A DNA stretch of 64,000 nucleotides from contig CM119384.1 in assembly GCA_051294905.1 (NCBI GenBank), positions 24,180,001-24,244,000 on the forward strand, read 5' to 3'. Source of the stretch: Botryllus schlosseri. Its lineage: Eukaryota. Below are positions 37,664 through 50,900 of this stretch, in pieces. Each line of letters starts with the position of its first letter. Positions within the stretch are counted from its first letter, which is position 1. Below the pieces are notes generated by a model. The model searched no databases. It was not told the DNA's origin and saw nothing but the letters and a program-made list of their open reading frames with translations. The translations under genes and the position numbers were made by a program.

Positions 37664-40600
37664 CGTGCGACCTTTTTTTTTTTTTTCGGGTCCCGCGGGC
37701 ATCCACAAATTTATTACACCAAGAATTTCAATATATGTAAGTTTCAATATAATCTATAAACTGAAAATAAGGAAAAAGCATTTCTTCTTTAATCCCATCA
37801 TGTCATCATCATGTCATCGTGTCATCGGTTCACGGTCTGCGGCTCCATCATCGGTCAGGGGTCCTCGTCATCCAGGTATCATCCGTGGCGTCGGCGTCTC
37901 CTTTTCCTCAGATTTCACTGCTCCGGCATTCTTTGTTGTGAGTCGCGTACATATTATTTCTTCTTTCTTCAAAAGGCCGACAAAGAAGTGGTCAGCCTTG
38001 TCTTTGGGTTTCCAAGTTGGTATATCGTGCTTTCACTTCATTTCCAATTGAACACAGCTGTTTTTGAGCGTGCTCTATGGTTCAATTGTTCTTCTTGACT
38101 TCTTTGTTTCCGTAATTGTCTTTTCCTCTTTCGAAAGAAACGAAGTCACTGTTTTGCATTGTCTACCGACTTGTTCGACAATGGTCACAATCGGTCTAAG
38201 AAAATCCCTGTTTTGTTCTTTTTATGGTCAAAAATCCATATATTTTCAAGTTTTGAACCGAAATTTGAGTTAGTATTGTGCTCTTCAGTCAAAATAATTC
38301 GCGTAATGTGTATATGCAAGACAAAGGTTAAGAGCGAAAAGGTTTTTTTTCTTGTTGCCATTACCGGTACTTTGCCTAAGCGCGGGCGTCTAATTTCCAC
38401 TGTTTTCTGTTTACTGTCTCCTTTCTATCGCCCATTACTTTGCTATTTTTTGTTTCAGATCGATATATCACGTCTTTTCTTCTATTTCCATATGAAAAAC
38501 AGCTTTTTCTGAGCGTTTTCTATGGTCTTATTGTCTTCCGTTTCTTGATTGTTCTCATAATTGTTTTGCTATCTTCGAAACAATCGAAATCGTTGTTTCG
38601 CATTGTCTACCAGCTTCTTCAACAATGGTCGCGATCGGTCTATGGAATCACTGTTTTTGGTCTTTTTAAGGTCTAAATAACTATATATTTTTGTTTTTAA
38701 AGCCGAAATTGAGTTAATATTGTGTCCCTCGGTCAAATTCCATCCGCATAATGGGTTTTGAAAGGATATGGTTGTGAGCAAAAAATCTCTTTTCTTGCTG
38801 TCACTACCGGTACTTTGCCTAATACAAAGTGTATTTTGTTTCGTTTGATTACGGGTTACAGGTTCTCCTCATATATGAACGCGAGTTCATTTCTGAGGGC
38901 CTGGTCCTCCGTTGAGTTATTAAGCGTACTGATTCTTCTCATCAGTTTTCTTGCTGTCTATTTTTCTTGCTGTCTTTTTTGTCAAATCCTTAACTGCTTC
39001 TTCAACTTTAATCCAACTCTGCTTATTTTTGTCTAATGCCAATTTGTTCTTGATTATTTCTTTCTTTATTAGGCTTATTATTGCCCAATCTTCTGATTCT
39101 TGTAGATTTTGATTGTACAGAACCGAATCTTTGTTCATTACTTTTGATTTTATTATTCTTGCAAAATTACTATACAGGTTCTTTGCAAGTTTACAATGAA
39201 TCAGTAAGTGTTCTATGTTGTCTTTCTGTTCGCCACAAAATCTACATTTTATGGATTCCATCGGCTGTGACCCAACATTCAGGATGTTTAGCCTTCTCCT
39301 GTCTTCACCGAAGAAGTATCCATTCGATGCTGTTCTTATATTGATAACTCTTTCCTCATTTGTTAGGTGGGTTTTGCAACCTCTAATTTCCGATACTTTG
39401 TCTAATTTCGTCCATGTTCCACTTTCGAGGAGTACGTCTGTTGGTATATCTTTCTGTTTTTTGATCTCTGTGTAGATGTCTTTGTGAGTTGCTTCAGCCC
39501 ATCTCTGGTCTGTCCAATCTAATTTGTTAACTATTTTCAAAATTTCTCTCCATTCCTCTTAGTTGTGTTTAACCTGTGTGGAGAAGAGTTATTATATAAC
39601 TGTGGGTTCACTTCCCTTAATCTGGTGCCCAGGGTGTACATGGCTTCATGATGCCAAAATTCTTTGGGTTGGCTGATATTTTTCAGGATTTTGAATTTTT
39701 CAGCCAGCCCTGCTTCTACCTTGCTTTGGATGCAAGGTACGTTTATTTTCTTTATAGCGTCACTACATATCATTTTCCTCCGATTTATTGGTTCCATTTT
39801 TTCGGGGTTCCATATAAATCGGAAGAAAATGCTGTTAATCTTTTTAATTGCCTTCTTTGGCATATGAATGATCCTTGCGTTGTAGAAGATCTTGGTTATT
39901 GCAAGGCTATATAAGATGGTTGCCTTGCCAAACCACGTGAGCTTTCTATGTCTATATGCCATGGTGATTTTTTTTAATCTGGTTTATTCTTTTTTCCTAG
40001 GTCTCATTTTTATAATTTTGGCCGAATTTTTGTCCCAATATTTCTGTAGATTGTTTTATTAAATTTTTATAGTTTTCGTTCTTTATAATATTTTGTTTGA
40101 AGGATAATATTTGAGTTTTGGATTTGTTCAGTGTCTGGCCTGTTGCTTTTCCGAACATCTCAAATTCACGAAATATTAGGTCCATTGAGTATTCATCTTT
40201 CACTAGTGCTGTTAAATCATCAGCGTATTGCTGTAGTTTTATTTCTTCTGTTCCAATTTTAATTCCAGTTATATTTTTGTTTTTGTGTATTCTTCTCGCG
40301 ACTGGGTCAGTCGTCATGGCGTAGAGGGCCATGCAGCCCTGTCCAAGCCCTCTACCCATCTTTATTTGTCCTGTCAGGCCACTTATTGCCTGAACTTGAC
40401 TATAAGATCCTTCATATAGGTTTCTTATCAGTGTTGACATGTTGGTGGGAATGTCATACGCTTTGAGTATTCTAAATAAGTATCCATGATTTACCTTGTC
40501 GAATGCTTTCTCCTGGTCGTAAGAGATTACGAGTAGGTCTTGATTTTTGTAAAGAGCGTGATCAATTGCTGCTTTTATGTTTCTGATCGCATCCGTGATC

Positions 40601-43600
40601 TGTCGGTCTTGAATGCCGCATTTTTGGGTATTTAGAATCAAATTGGTCATTATGTGTTTCAGTCTGTTGGCGATAATTCCTGTCAAAATTTTATAATCAA
40701 TATTTAATAACGTGATTGGTCTCCAGTTTTTTAGCTCCGATGAGTCTCCTTTTTTATATATTAATTTAACTATTCCTCTTTTCCATGTTTCACAGGTGCT
40801 GCCAAGAAGCAAAGCATTTTTGAAGAGCTCTGTCAAGGAACCTTTCAGAAAAGCCCAGTACGCAATGTAAAACTCTTTAGGGAGACCATCGCTACCTGGG
40901 GTTTTATCATTCGACATATTCTTAATTATGTACAAGATTTCATCCTCAGATATCTCTCTTGCTAGAATATCTTTTTCTTGCTGGCCTATTTTTATATTTT
41001 CTAATTCTTCGATGTATACGTCTTGCTGATTTCTATTTATTCCCGATTGTTCTTTCCATAATTTTGCGTAGAAGTCTCGAATTAATATTTTGATTTGGTT
41101 GGGGTCCGAAATGATTGTGCCCTGATTATTTTTGATTTGGTTTAAACTTTGGAGTGCCAGTCTTTTTTTTAGTTTATCAAAGAAAAATTTGGTTGGTTTT
41201 TCGCCGAATTCTATGTCTTTGATTTTGGCCAAATTTGTGATTTTGTCAATTTTCTTCTTCTCTATTCTTTTTAACTCGTGAGATATTCTGATTTTATAAG
41301 TAGCGTTGTGCTGGCCACTTATTTCTTGTAATTCTTTTAGTAATTCTTTTTCGCGCTCATATTGTGCTGCGCTCTCTCTCATCTCATGTGCTCTCATTTC
41401 TTTTTTTATAGCAACTTTGAGATCATCCCACCACGTAGTGATGCGGGTGAAATTACTTTTATTTTGTATCATATTTTCTATTGTCATTGTTATCGTGTCC
41501 CTCAACGCCCTATCTCTCAATTTTGAAGTGTTACACTTCCATAGTCCTTTCGTTTTTTGTATTCTTTGTTCTATGTCTAATTGTAATTCCATCATGAAGG
41601 TGTGATCCGAAATTGGATTAACGCTATATATGCATCTTTTAACATTTATTTCGATAGGTCTTGTTGCATAAATGTTATCAATTCTTCTTTCCTGTTGTGG
41701 AGTAATCTTTGTGTAGATTCTCTTAGTCGGATTTCTCCATCTGTACATTGTACAAGTCCCGGTATTTGTGTAGGTCAATGAATTTTCTCCAAATTTTTGC
41801 TGCTGGGGTTTCTCTGTAATTTAAATTATATTTGGCATCTATCTTGTCTATTATTAAATTGAAATCGCCGCACACAATCGTTTTCTCCGTCGCGTTTTTT
41901 AGTCTTGATGTAAGATATTTGTAGAACATTGTCTGTTCTCTAGATATTATTGCAGGAGCGTATACGTTCCATATTTCTAATATGTCCGTATCTTTCTTCA
42001 AGATCAGTCTTTGGCTTCTGTGTTTAACTATGATTTCATGTGAGATTGTGTAAGTCGATTTCAATTCTTGCTTAGCGATAATTAAAGAGCCTTGATAATA
42101 GTGTCGAGTCTTTCCTGTACTGTCTGTCCAAGCGTCTTTTTGATCTAGACCAGTGGTTCTTAACCTTTTTTCTTCCAGCGCCCCCTTTGAGAAATTTCAA
42201 GAACCCAGCGCCCCCCACATACTTTAAAGATTGTACTAAAATTATGGGATAGGCTAAGGTCGAAGTCCGATCGGTCTTTTCTGGTGTGGATTTTACTATT
42301 GGAAATATTTCACGCTTAAACCGTGCCCAATGACCACTCGACTAATAAACGTTATAATCGTTTTATGTACAATAATCATGATCAAATTAAGGTCATTGTA
42401 ACAACAACCATCTGGTGCGGGCTCGGGTTCATATACGGTCTGGTTCGAACCAAATGTATAGTCTACACATGGCGTCTACACCTCTGACAATGTTGAGACG
42501 GGGACGTTAATAGTATTTGTTTCTTTTTCATTGCTTTGTGCGACTAGTAAATCAACTGAAAATGTGGTTTAGATCTGTGCTAACACTGGATTTATTTCGC
42601 TAAAATTGAGGGAATATTACACCGAGTTATTAACATGAAAATGCATTTAGGCTACTCTGAACAAAGCAATCCTATATTGTATAACCCACATGCGAGGTTG
42701 TGCATCAGAATGCTAATACAAAATCATCCACTATAGTACGATTAGGAAGTTACGTTGTAGCTCACCAACGCAAGGATATAGTACCAGTTTATCATTTTGG
42801 TCAAAATGCCTCAGAGGGGTTTTCCTGAAGTGGTACCGTGCCGATTTCGAATCATTGTGCGCGCCAAGATAAAATGACTAGTTCGAACCATGTCGACGAA
42901 ACAACCGTATTTCGTGTGACCGAAGTGTGCACAAGGCGAATTTATGATTAAAAGCAAACGCATGATGCTCGTTATCTTCATTCTACATCAGTGGTTCTTG
43001 AACTTTTCTGCCACAGCGGCCTTTTCACAGATCCCTGAATATTAACACCCCTGCACTATCAATACTGAAAAAATGTGATACGCAATACTTGAGAGCTGCA
43101 TCGGATCCGCATATCATAATACACAGCTTAATACAATTAGTAATTTTTACAAAACGAAATTTATTCACAATTCAAAAATAGGAGGAATACAATTAGGAAA
43201 TTCTGCACAACGAAATTTATTCACAATTCAAAAATAGGTGGAATGTCTTTAATGACTGCCTTGGGCTTGGTGCGAGTTAGCCAACTGAGCTATGTCAGGC
43301 TCAATTATGATAGACATAGTCTCAGATCACCTCTTCTAGATATTTGCAATCAATTTCTTTGCTTGGTTAGTAGATGCATTACCGAACTGAAGCCTTTCTC
43401 TACCAGATATGACGACGGAAATGCTAACAGCAATAGCTTGGTTATATCCCAAAGATCAGGATATTCAACTTGTTTCCTAGGCCAGAAATCTTCATACCCA
43501 ATCTGCTGAAACAACACTTCACTCTCAAAGTCATTTTTCAAGTCAATAAGTTCTTCAGCTACACTAGCATCACAATTGTTTACTTCAGATTTGAATGGAT

Positions 43601-45101
43601 TTATTACCCATTCTGGTATCTTTAGCTCTTTGAGATCTATAAATCTCATCATCAAATCTTCTTTTAGTGATTGCAAATGACACGAATAGCAGTCTAAGTC
43701 AGGCTCTGTCACATGTGAATCGTCGATTTGGTTTTCTTGCAAGGCTTTCAATTTAGGAAATTGAGTCAAATCATGCCTCAGTAAACAAGCCCGGTAAAAA
43801 TCCAATTTGCTAATGAATGCCATAACAATACCCTTTGCTTTGATGAGACACATCTTGGTACCTTGCAATTTCCTGTTGACCTCATTTAACTTGCTGAAAA
43901 TTTCAGACAAATACGCGACGTCTGCCCTTCTGCTCTTCAAATCGGAGCTAGCTGTCTGATCCAACATTTTAAGGTTGATGAAATCGATAACAGAATCGAA
44001 AAGGTCATAGAAGCGTTCGAGACATCTGCCTTTTGAGAGCCACCGGACTTCTGTATGAAGCAAGAGCCGCTCAAATTCTTCGTCATTTTCATGACAAAGT
44101 TTGCGAAATATGCGGTCATTCAATGAATGAGCTTTGATCTTGTTCACGGCTCTAACAACAACCGGCAGGGTCTCATGTAATCTGTCGCTGAGGTGCTTTG
44201 CTGCTAGATGTTGTCTGTGAATGACGCAGTGTATCGTGAATATGTCAGGAACTTCTCTTTTCAAATGTGCAATGAATCCTCGATGCCGTCCAACCATTGA
44301 TGGTGCGCCATCTGTTGCACACGCAAGGATATTCGACATGGGGATATGTTTCTGCTTGAAAAAATTTTCGACTGTCTCATAAATCGTCGAGCCTTTGGTG
44401 TCGACCTCTAATTGCTCCGCAAACAGAAACTCTTCTACAATTTGAAAAGTGGAGCTAACATAGCGCACATAGCCCATAAGCAAAGCTTGGTTATCGCGTA
44501 GCGTTGTCTCGTCAAGTTGCAGGGAAAATTGCGTTGTTTTGAGTTCGCTACAGAGTTTATTTTCAACGTCATTTGCCATTTCATCTATTCGGGAAGACAC
44601 AGTGCTATTACTCAATGGAATTGAACTTGTAACATCTTTTTGATAGCTCATCATGGTACTGATGATTTCTTTAACAGCTGGTATAATGAGACGCTCACCA
44701 ATGGTGTGCGATAATCCACATTTTGCAATGAGCATTGATATTTTGTAAGATACAATAAGTCCTTGCTCAACTTCCTTCCTGGATGACTTTATTAGACACC
44801 CAACAGTAAGACGTTTCTCAAATTTTTCTTTCAGAATCCGAAAATATCCGATATCCTTGTTGGCTTTTTCTGGATGCCTATTCTTCAAATGATCCATCAT
44901 TCTGGAAGGCTTCATACCTTCATTCGTAAACGTTTTCTCGCATATTAAACACATCGGTAATTGTTCATTGTCCACAGATGGAATTACACCATATTTGAGT
45001 AATTCTTTGGGCCGATAGCAGACGATATAGATAATATTAGGATCTTGGTTGTTTTCACACCCTATTTAGCGTCCACTTGCAACGTAATAATTTTATTTAT
45101 T

Positions 45102-45138
45102 ACACGAGCTTTCGGAGCTCCGCTCCTTCTTCAGGTGT
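45102..45138 (-). ncRNA. Mirror copy of the hammerhead ribozyme
   Basis: Reverse complement of 45634-45670 in the other palindrome arm. Confidence 0.78.
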
Positions 45139-45633
45139 TGAAATGAAAATAACGCAAAGCGATTCTGGATTCAAACATATACGCGTATTGTGACATCACA
45201 GAGAAGATAACTTTCAGGCCTAAAAAGTTTGTACCTTTGTGACGTCATAAACAATATAATCGAAATTGTAATTTGAAAGGACTACAGCAAGTTATGGCAC
45301 TGAAAATGAGGTTTGAAAGCGTATATACAATGATTAAATACATATGCACCGAATTTCTCAACTGCAGATTCGCATGGTGTAATGTGACATTACACCATGC
45401 GAATCTGCAGTTGAGAAATTCGGTGCATATGTATTTAATCATTGTATATACGCTTTCAAACCTCATTTTCAGTGCCATAACTTGCTGTAGTCCTTTCAAA
45501 TTACAATTTCGATTATATTGTTTATGACGTCACAAAGGTACAAACTTTTTAGGCCTGAAAGTTATCTTCTCTGTGATGTCACAATACGCGTATATGTTTG
45601 AATCCAGAATCGCTTTGCGTTATTTTCATTTCA

Positions 45634-45670
45634 ACACCTGAAGAAGGAGCGGAGCTCCGAAAGCTCGTGT
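45634..45670 (+). ncRNA. Minimal type-I hammerhead ribozyme (Penelope type)
   Basis: ACAC-CTGAAGA-A-GGAG(CGGAG)CTCC-GAAA-GC-TC-GTGT: core, stem II, palindromic AGCT stem III, stem I ACAC/GTGT. Confidence 0.78.
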
Positions 45671-46504
45671 AATAAATAAAATTATTACGTTGCAAGTGGA
45701 CGCTAAATAGGGTGTGAAAACAACCAAGATCCTAATACCATATTTGAGGTATTCCATCGCGTATTGACGGCATTTCCGCTTTTGAATACTCATCCCAATT
45801 ATTAGTTAAATCAACTGAGCTAATAGTGATAAATATAAGTCAATGCTACAGTTTATATACTAACTTTCAATTGGTAATGACGAAGAAATATGCCAACGTA
45901 TGCAAAACATTTTTGCACCTCACGTTTCCAGTAGTTTACCATTTGCTCCACCGCCATACAACAGGCAACTAACGTCGTGTATAAAGCAACTGAGCTCAAC
46001 ATAAAACCAGACACTGCAGATTATGACGCAACTGGAAAGATGATTATGCCAGGCAAGACGTGCTAAAGATCAAATTACTAGCAGGCCGTAACACAATTAC
46101 ACTGCAATAACAGTATCTTGATTGTACCCAATTGACCTTCGGTCACCAATATATGCACTCATTTAAACTACATAAGCATTTTGCAGTATTGAAATGTCAT
46201 ATAACTTTTTCAGTCTTTCCGCCCCCCTGAGTCTTTCCGCCCCCCATATCGCCCCCTGATAGTTTCCGCCCCCTGGAATCCTCCCAGCGCCCCCTGGGGG
46301 GCGCTGGTGGCAAGGTTAAGAACCACTGATCTAGACAGTTCTCGAAGGTGTCAAAATTGTTGAAATTACACCAACTGTTTATTACGTCTTTTTTGATCCT
46401 ATGTGTTTCTTGGATGCACAAAAGGTCTATGTTTCTATTTTTGAGCAATCCTGTAACGGTCTCCCAGTTTCTATAAAGACCGTTGGCGTTGAGCGACACA
46501 ATTT

Positions 46505-47671
46505 TCAGTGACATTGCGAGCTTGAGGTTCGTTTGTTATTATTCTTATTTTTGCCCAAGTGTTTCAAGTCTTGGGTTTTTCTTCTGCTCCTGGTCGTTAT
46601 TTTTGTGAATTCTCCTTCTCCGTCTGAGCCCATCTCAGATTCTGATATATCAGTAGTCAAATCTGTATTTGCATTTATAATTGTTTCATTACTTTCGTTT
46701 TCGGATTCTGATTCCGATGGGGACATCTGCAAATCTCCTGCTAAAGAGTCCTCAAGTTCATTTCCATCTTCGTTTTGTATCACTGAGATACTATTCTTCT
46801 CCTTGTTTTCGTTCACCACTGAGGTAAGTTCTTCTTTATTGTTTACCACTAAGGTATTGTTTTTTTCAGCTTCATCCACAGAGGATTCACTGTGTGTGTG
46901 TTCGACAGTTTTCTCTTCCTCACTCACTAAGAGAGGTTCTGAGGTCACTGTCTTGTCCTTGTTTTCTCTGCTATTTGCACTCGTTTCCGGTCTAGGTTGC
47001 TCTATGAGTGCTGGGAATTCGATGTCTAAGTCAGGACAGTCTTGTCTTAAATGTCCTTCTTTATTACATTGATCGCATTTGATCAGGGGACATTCTGCCG
47101 CATAGTGGCCTTGCTTCTTGCACTTATAACAATTTCTGGTTTTTGACGCTCTGACGTAGGCCGGCGTGAAAACCTTGCAATTTGCGCCTTCTATGTTTAT
47201 GAAAGGCGGCAGTTTATTTTCTCGGTAGTTTGCAATGGCTACCGCTCTGTAGCCATTGTGTGGTTTCAGTTTTTTGTGGTACATCTTTTTTATTCCAATT
47301 ATTATCCCTGGGTTCCATCTTTCAACTGCTTGTTTGACGGATTCGTCTGAAGTCTCAGCTGGAACGGCTCTGAGATTTACGATCGTCGGCATCGCACCAG
47401 GTAAGTGAAAGTTGTATTTCTTACCGTTAAGGTGTACAGTATTCTGTTCGTTTAGTAGCTCGTTTCGAGCTTGTTCATTTGCCAATGTGACATTAAAAGT
47501 ATCCGGGCCAATCTGGAAAACCGCATCCAATTGGCTACGGTATTTCTTCAGGAAGTCGTTTTTTTCGAAGATATCCATTACTGCCGAAAGCGTTATTTCA
47601 ACATCACCACTCACATCAACAGAACAAGGTCTGCGTCCGTGGGATTTTGTCGCCATCATTTGCTTTACCAC
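46505..47671 (-). CDS. TX-5 ORF1, apparently open (388 aa), two CCHC knuckles; stop overlaps the ORF2 ATG
   Basis: RPCSVD, VNLRAVPAE, NGYRA, CYKCKKQGHYAAEC, CDQCNKEGHLRQDC. Confidence 0.9.
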   Translation of the reverse strand: MVKQMMATKSHGRRPCSVDVSGDVEITLSAVMDIFEKNDFLKKYRSQLDAVFQIGPDTFNVTLANEQARNELLNEQNTVHLNGKKYNFHLPGAMPTIVNLRAVPAETSDESVKQAVERWNPGIIIGIKKMYHKKLKPHNGYRAVAIANYRENKLPPFINIEGANCKVFTPAYVRASKTRNCYKCKKQGHYAAECPLIKCDQCNKEGHLRQDCPDLDIEFPALIEQPRPETSANSRENKDKTVTSEPLLVSEEEKTVEHTHSESSVDEAEKNNTLVVNNKEELTSVVNENKEKNSISVIQNEDGNELEDSLAGDLQMSPSESESENESNETIINANTDLTTDISESEMGSDGEGEFTKITTRSRRKTQDLKHLGKNKNNNKRTSSSQCH

Positions 47672-47917
47672 ACAGGTAAGTTTATTGTGGTGGCAGGCTG
47701 CTACTGAAGCAGACTACCGGTAAGTGAAGTACCGGTAAAAGAGCCGGGTGGACCAGTCTCTTTACAACCAAATACTCCGATAGTTTTATCAGAATCGGAA
47801 TTAAGTCACGCTTCTGTGTTTCACCTCCCGTGTTAAGAGGGACCTAGGTACGACGTACCACCAAAAAAAACTTTAGGCCAAGAAAAATCAAGTCCTGTCT
47901 AAATGTTAGGCGTAAAG

Positions 47918-50900
47918 CAGTGGTTCCCAACCTTTTTCTCCCCGTTACCCAAAACCAGACTTTCCAGACAGGTTTTTACCCCCCTCTTCCATCAAAACCA
48001 CGTTTCATCACTAAACACTCAAAAACGATCGTCCAGTCCAGGATGGGAGTTTTACCTGAGGGAGAGACCGACCTGAGAAAAAGCGACATCAAGTTTGAAA
48101 GAGAAATAAATTGGTTTATCAGTGGAAAAAGGCTGCAGACGTTCGTTGCCAAGGAACAAATGCAAGCAAGGGATAGCAAACACCAAGACAACTGTCGTGG
48201 AATGACAAAGATAATATTCAATCAGTGCGAAGGTTGAGCTTGCATATCTACCACTAGCTTTGCAATTCTGGGTTTGGTTGTACTGAGGGCAATTCTTGCG
48301 TCGTTTTCGACATCCAGGCGATTCCGCTTTTTGGTTTTCAACCCTACAATGGTCGAAAATCCTTGTTCGCAACGATATGATGTCGAAAAGGAGATGAGAA
48401 CATTCAATGCCCGTGTGGCCAATGTTGGTGCATCCTGAAGTCTTTCTATCCAGAATGCATCCAAATTCTTTTCTTTGAAATCAATTTTCAAGGCCTCACT
48501 CATTCTGAGGGCGATGAATTCCTCCTTGGCGGGAAAGTCATCGTCGTCCACTTGGCTGTCAAGACACCTGAACGGTTCAGTTAGCCATCCCATGTTAGTG
48601 GTGTCCAAATCCGGAAAATATTCTTCCATTTTCTCGACTAGCTGTCCCAAGTGGTCAGCTATGTTCCCTTTCAACGCCTCTGTGAAGTCGGGTTCATTCT
48701 CTGTCTCCAGGCCTTCGAGATACATGTCGAGCGTTGGAAACTGTGCCAGTACACCTCTGTTGACCCGCTTAATCCACAACTTCATCTTCGCGATAAATGC
48801 TGCTACAGCTTCTTTCGAGTGGATCACAGTCACACACTTGCCTTGAATTGACAGATTCCCTTTGTTCAACTCAACAAAAATATCGGCCAGGTAGCCAAGC
48901 TGGGCAATCCAATGGGGGTCTGAAAAGTATTCGGCCAAGCCCGACTTCTTTTCTATCAAGAAAATCTCAACAGCCTCACGAAGTTCAAACAAACGGGTGA
49001 TCACTTTGCCACGAGATAGCCATCGCACCTCTGTGTGGTACAGTAATGCCTCATATTTTTGCCCCATCTCCTTGCACAGTTCCTTGAAAAGACGACTGTT
49101 CAACTCCTTCGCTTTTATGAAGTTTACAACCTTCACTGCTTGGTCGAACACTATTTTCAAGCTCTCCGGCAGAGATTTGGACGCAAGCGAGTAGCGGTGC
49201 AGTGCGCAATGATCCACATGAATGTCCGAGTTTTCCCGCTGCACAAAGCCCCTGAAACCGCGGTTTCCACCCATCATAGCGGGACAGCCGTCAACAGAGA
49301 TTTGCTGCACATTGTTCCACTCCAAACCGTGCATGCCCAAGAAATCGTTCACAAGGTTGAAGATATCTTCTCCTTTCGTTGTTGTCTTCAAGTTCTTGGC
49401 AAGCAAAAATTCCTCCTTGACAGAGTACTCGTGAATGTATCGAACGTATCCGAGTAAAACTGCGCAGCTGCTTACATCCGTGGATTCATCGAACTGGAGA
49501 GAAAACATTTTGTGAGGACTTGCCTTCACTTCGGCAACGACTTGGGCAAGGATGTCAGCTGCAAGATCATCAACCCTTCTTCGAATTGTGGTGTTCGAGA
49601 CTGATACTCCTTCCAGCTTCTTGGCCTGATCTTCCCCACACATTTTGGAAACGATCAACTTGGTACAAGGCATAATAAGGTCTTCTGCGATTGTGTGGTT
49701 CTTGGAACTTTTTGCAATTCGGTATGCCACCTCGTACGAAACTTCAACAGCGGCCGTTAGCTTCTCCGAAGCCATGCCACCTGATCCAAATTGAATGCCT
49801 CGAAGTTGCTTCGATTTGCCCTCAAAGTATCCTCGACTCTTTCCGGCCAGTAGCGGATGACGCTTCATGAGGTGCTCGTTCAGTTTTGACGGCTTTAGGC
49901 TTTCGTTGGTCAAAACTTTGAGACAAATGACACACTGTGGTCGATCGTCACCATTCAGTTGTGGTGTGTTTACAAAGCCGTGATTCAAAAACGCCTCTGC
50001 ATAATGTCGCTTCTTGCCCGGCATAATGACAGTTCTTCTGAGGAGCGTAAAAAGCGGATGATTAGAGTGCATCAAATGCTAAGGTGAAGTAATGTGGTAA
50101 TAAGGAACTTTTATCACACAAAGAATAAAATCTCTAACAAACTCAATTATAAACTGACCTATGAGCTATGAGAGCAGTCACGGAGGAAAAAAAACAACTT
50201 CAAGAAGTATAGGACCATAGCAATTTACAGCGTAGCTGGCATGGAAACTCCGTAAGCAATGTTGCGTTTTGCACTGCCTCCAGTGGTGGCGTACAGATGC
50301 TGCTGCTTCAACCTGCTTTAGTGTGTTTCTGGGTAATCTTCCAGCTGGGACCAGAGCACAAAAGTAAATGAAACTGGTATCAATCGAAAGCAAATTTCGC
50401 ACTGATTCCAAAAACATAAGTGGAAATCCGGCCCGGGAACTGAAACCCTCTGAAAATTGACTTCAAAGTCTTAAATCGTCATTGTTTCACACAATGGGGT
50501 CGCCGGCCGACAATCGCCGATTAACTTTTCGTATGATTGTGACGCCACTGAGCGGAGATGAGCCGTGCTGTAACGCGTATCCCAATACCAGTACGGTAGT
50601 TCACGTCGTTGCGCAATGCGCATTTACACAACCGTCGATAAATACACGGTATAACACAGAAGCCTCCGCATATCATCGTAGAAGAAGTTACTTGACTATT
50701 TTTGGAAAAATGATGTCACTGATCTGTCAGCGTATGGAGTTGCAGTTGGAATTTCAACTTTTATAGTTAGGTCAGCAAAATTTGCACTCATTCTTGGTTC
50801 ACATATTGTCAGTCTGTAGTTCATACATAAGTGCTCGGACTGCTCACTGTTCAATCAAGTTGTCACATTATGGCCACTGTAAATATGTTCTTTCTGGAGT

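Larger units (their letters stand above)
45000..45736. mobile_element. Penelope-like (pLTR-derived) insertion consisting mostly of a 703-bp palindrome (45035-45737)
   Basis: 351-bp arms around a single G at 45386; 12-bp TSD ACCATATTTGAG at 44988-44999 and 45737-45748; hammerhead motif in each arm. Confidence 0.8.
43270..45793 (-). pseudogene. Buster/SCAND3/ZBED8-like hAT transposase, N-terminus interrupted by a Penelope-type insertion, premature stop near the C-terminus
   Basis: MSIQKRKCRQYAMEYLKYG (45793-45737) joins VIPSVDNEQLPMCLIC; BED finger, FSLQLDETT, ATDGAPSM, HCVIHRQHL, HTEVRWLSKG, SSYLVEKGFS. Confidence 0.93.
42151..46328. mobile_element. hAT (Charlie/Buster) element, probably composite
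   Basis: Perfect 17-bp TIR CAGTGGTTCTTAACCTT; TSD ATCTAGAC at 42143-42150 and 46329-46336; GCCCCC subterminal repeats; second internal hAT end CAGTGGTTCTTGAAC at 42989. Confidence 0.95.
38920..46514 (-). pseudogene. TX-5 ORF2 (EN-RT), split by a hAT inserted in the endonuclease domain
   Basis: IVSLNANG..CIQETH (46514-46337), WNVYAP, VCGDFN, KTPGSDG, NWRPITLLNIDYKI, QYADD, CRFC..HLLIHC. Confidence 0.92.

Noticed and set aside
37664-37747. N-terminal extension MKLTYIEILG.. of the 363-aa ORF
   Set aside because: Reads through the TX-5 3' end, poly(A) and TSD into truncated TX-4 ORF1; not a real start
45245-45527. Two identical 84-aa ORFs on opposite strands
   Set aside because: Automatic consequence of the palindrome; no coding evidence
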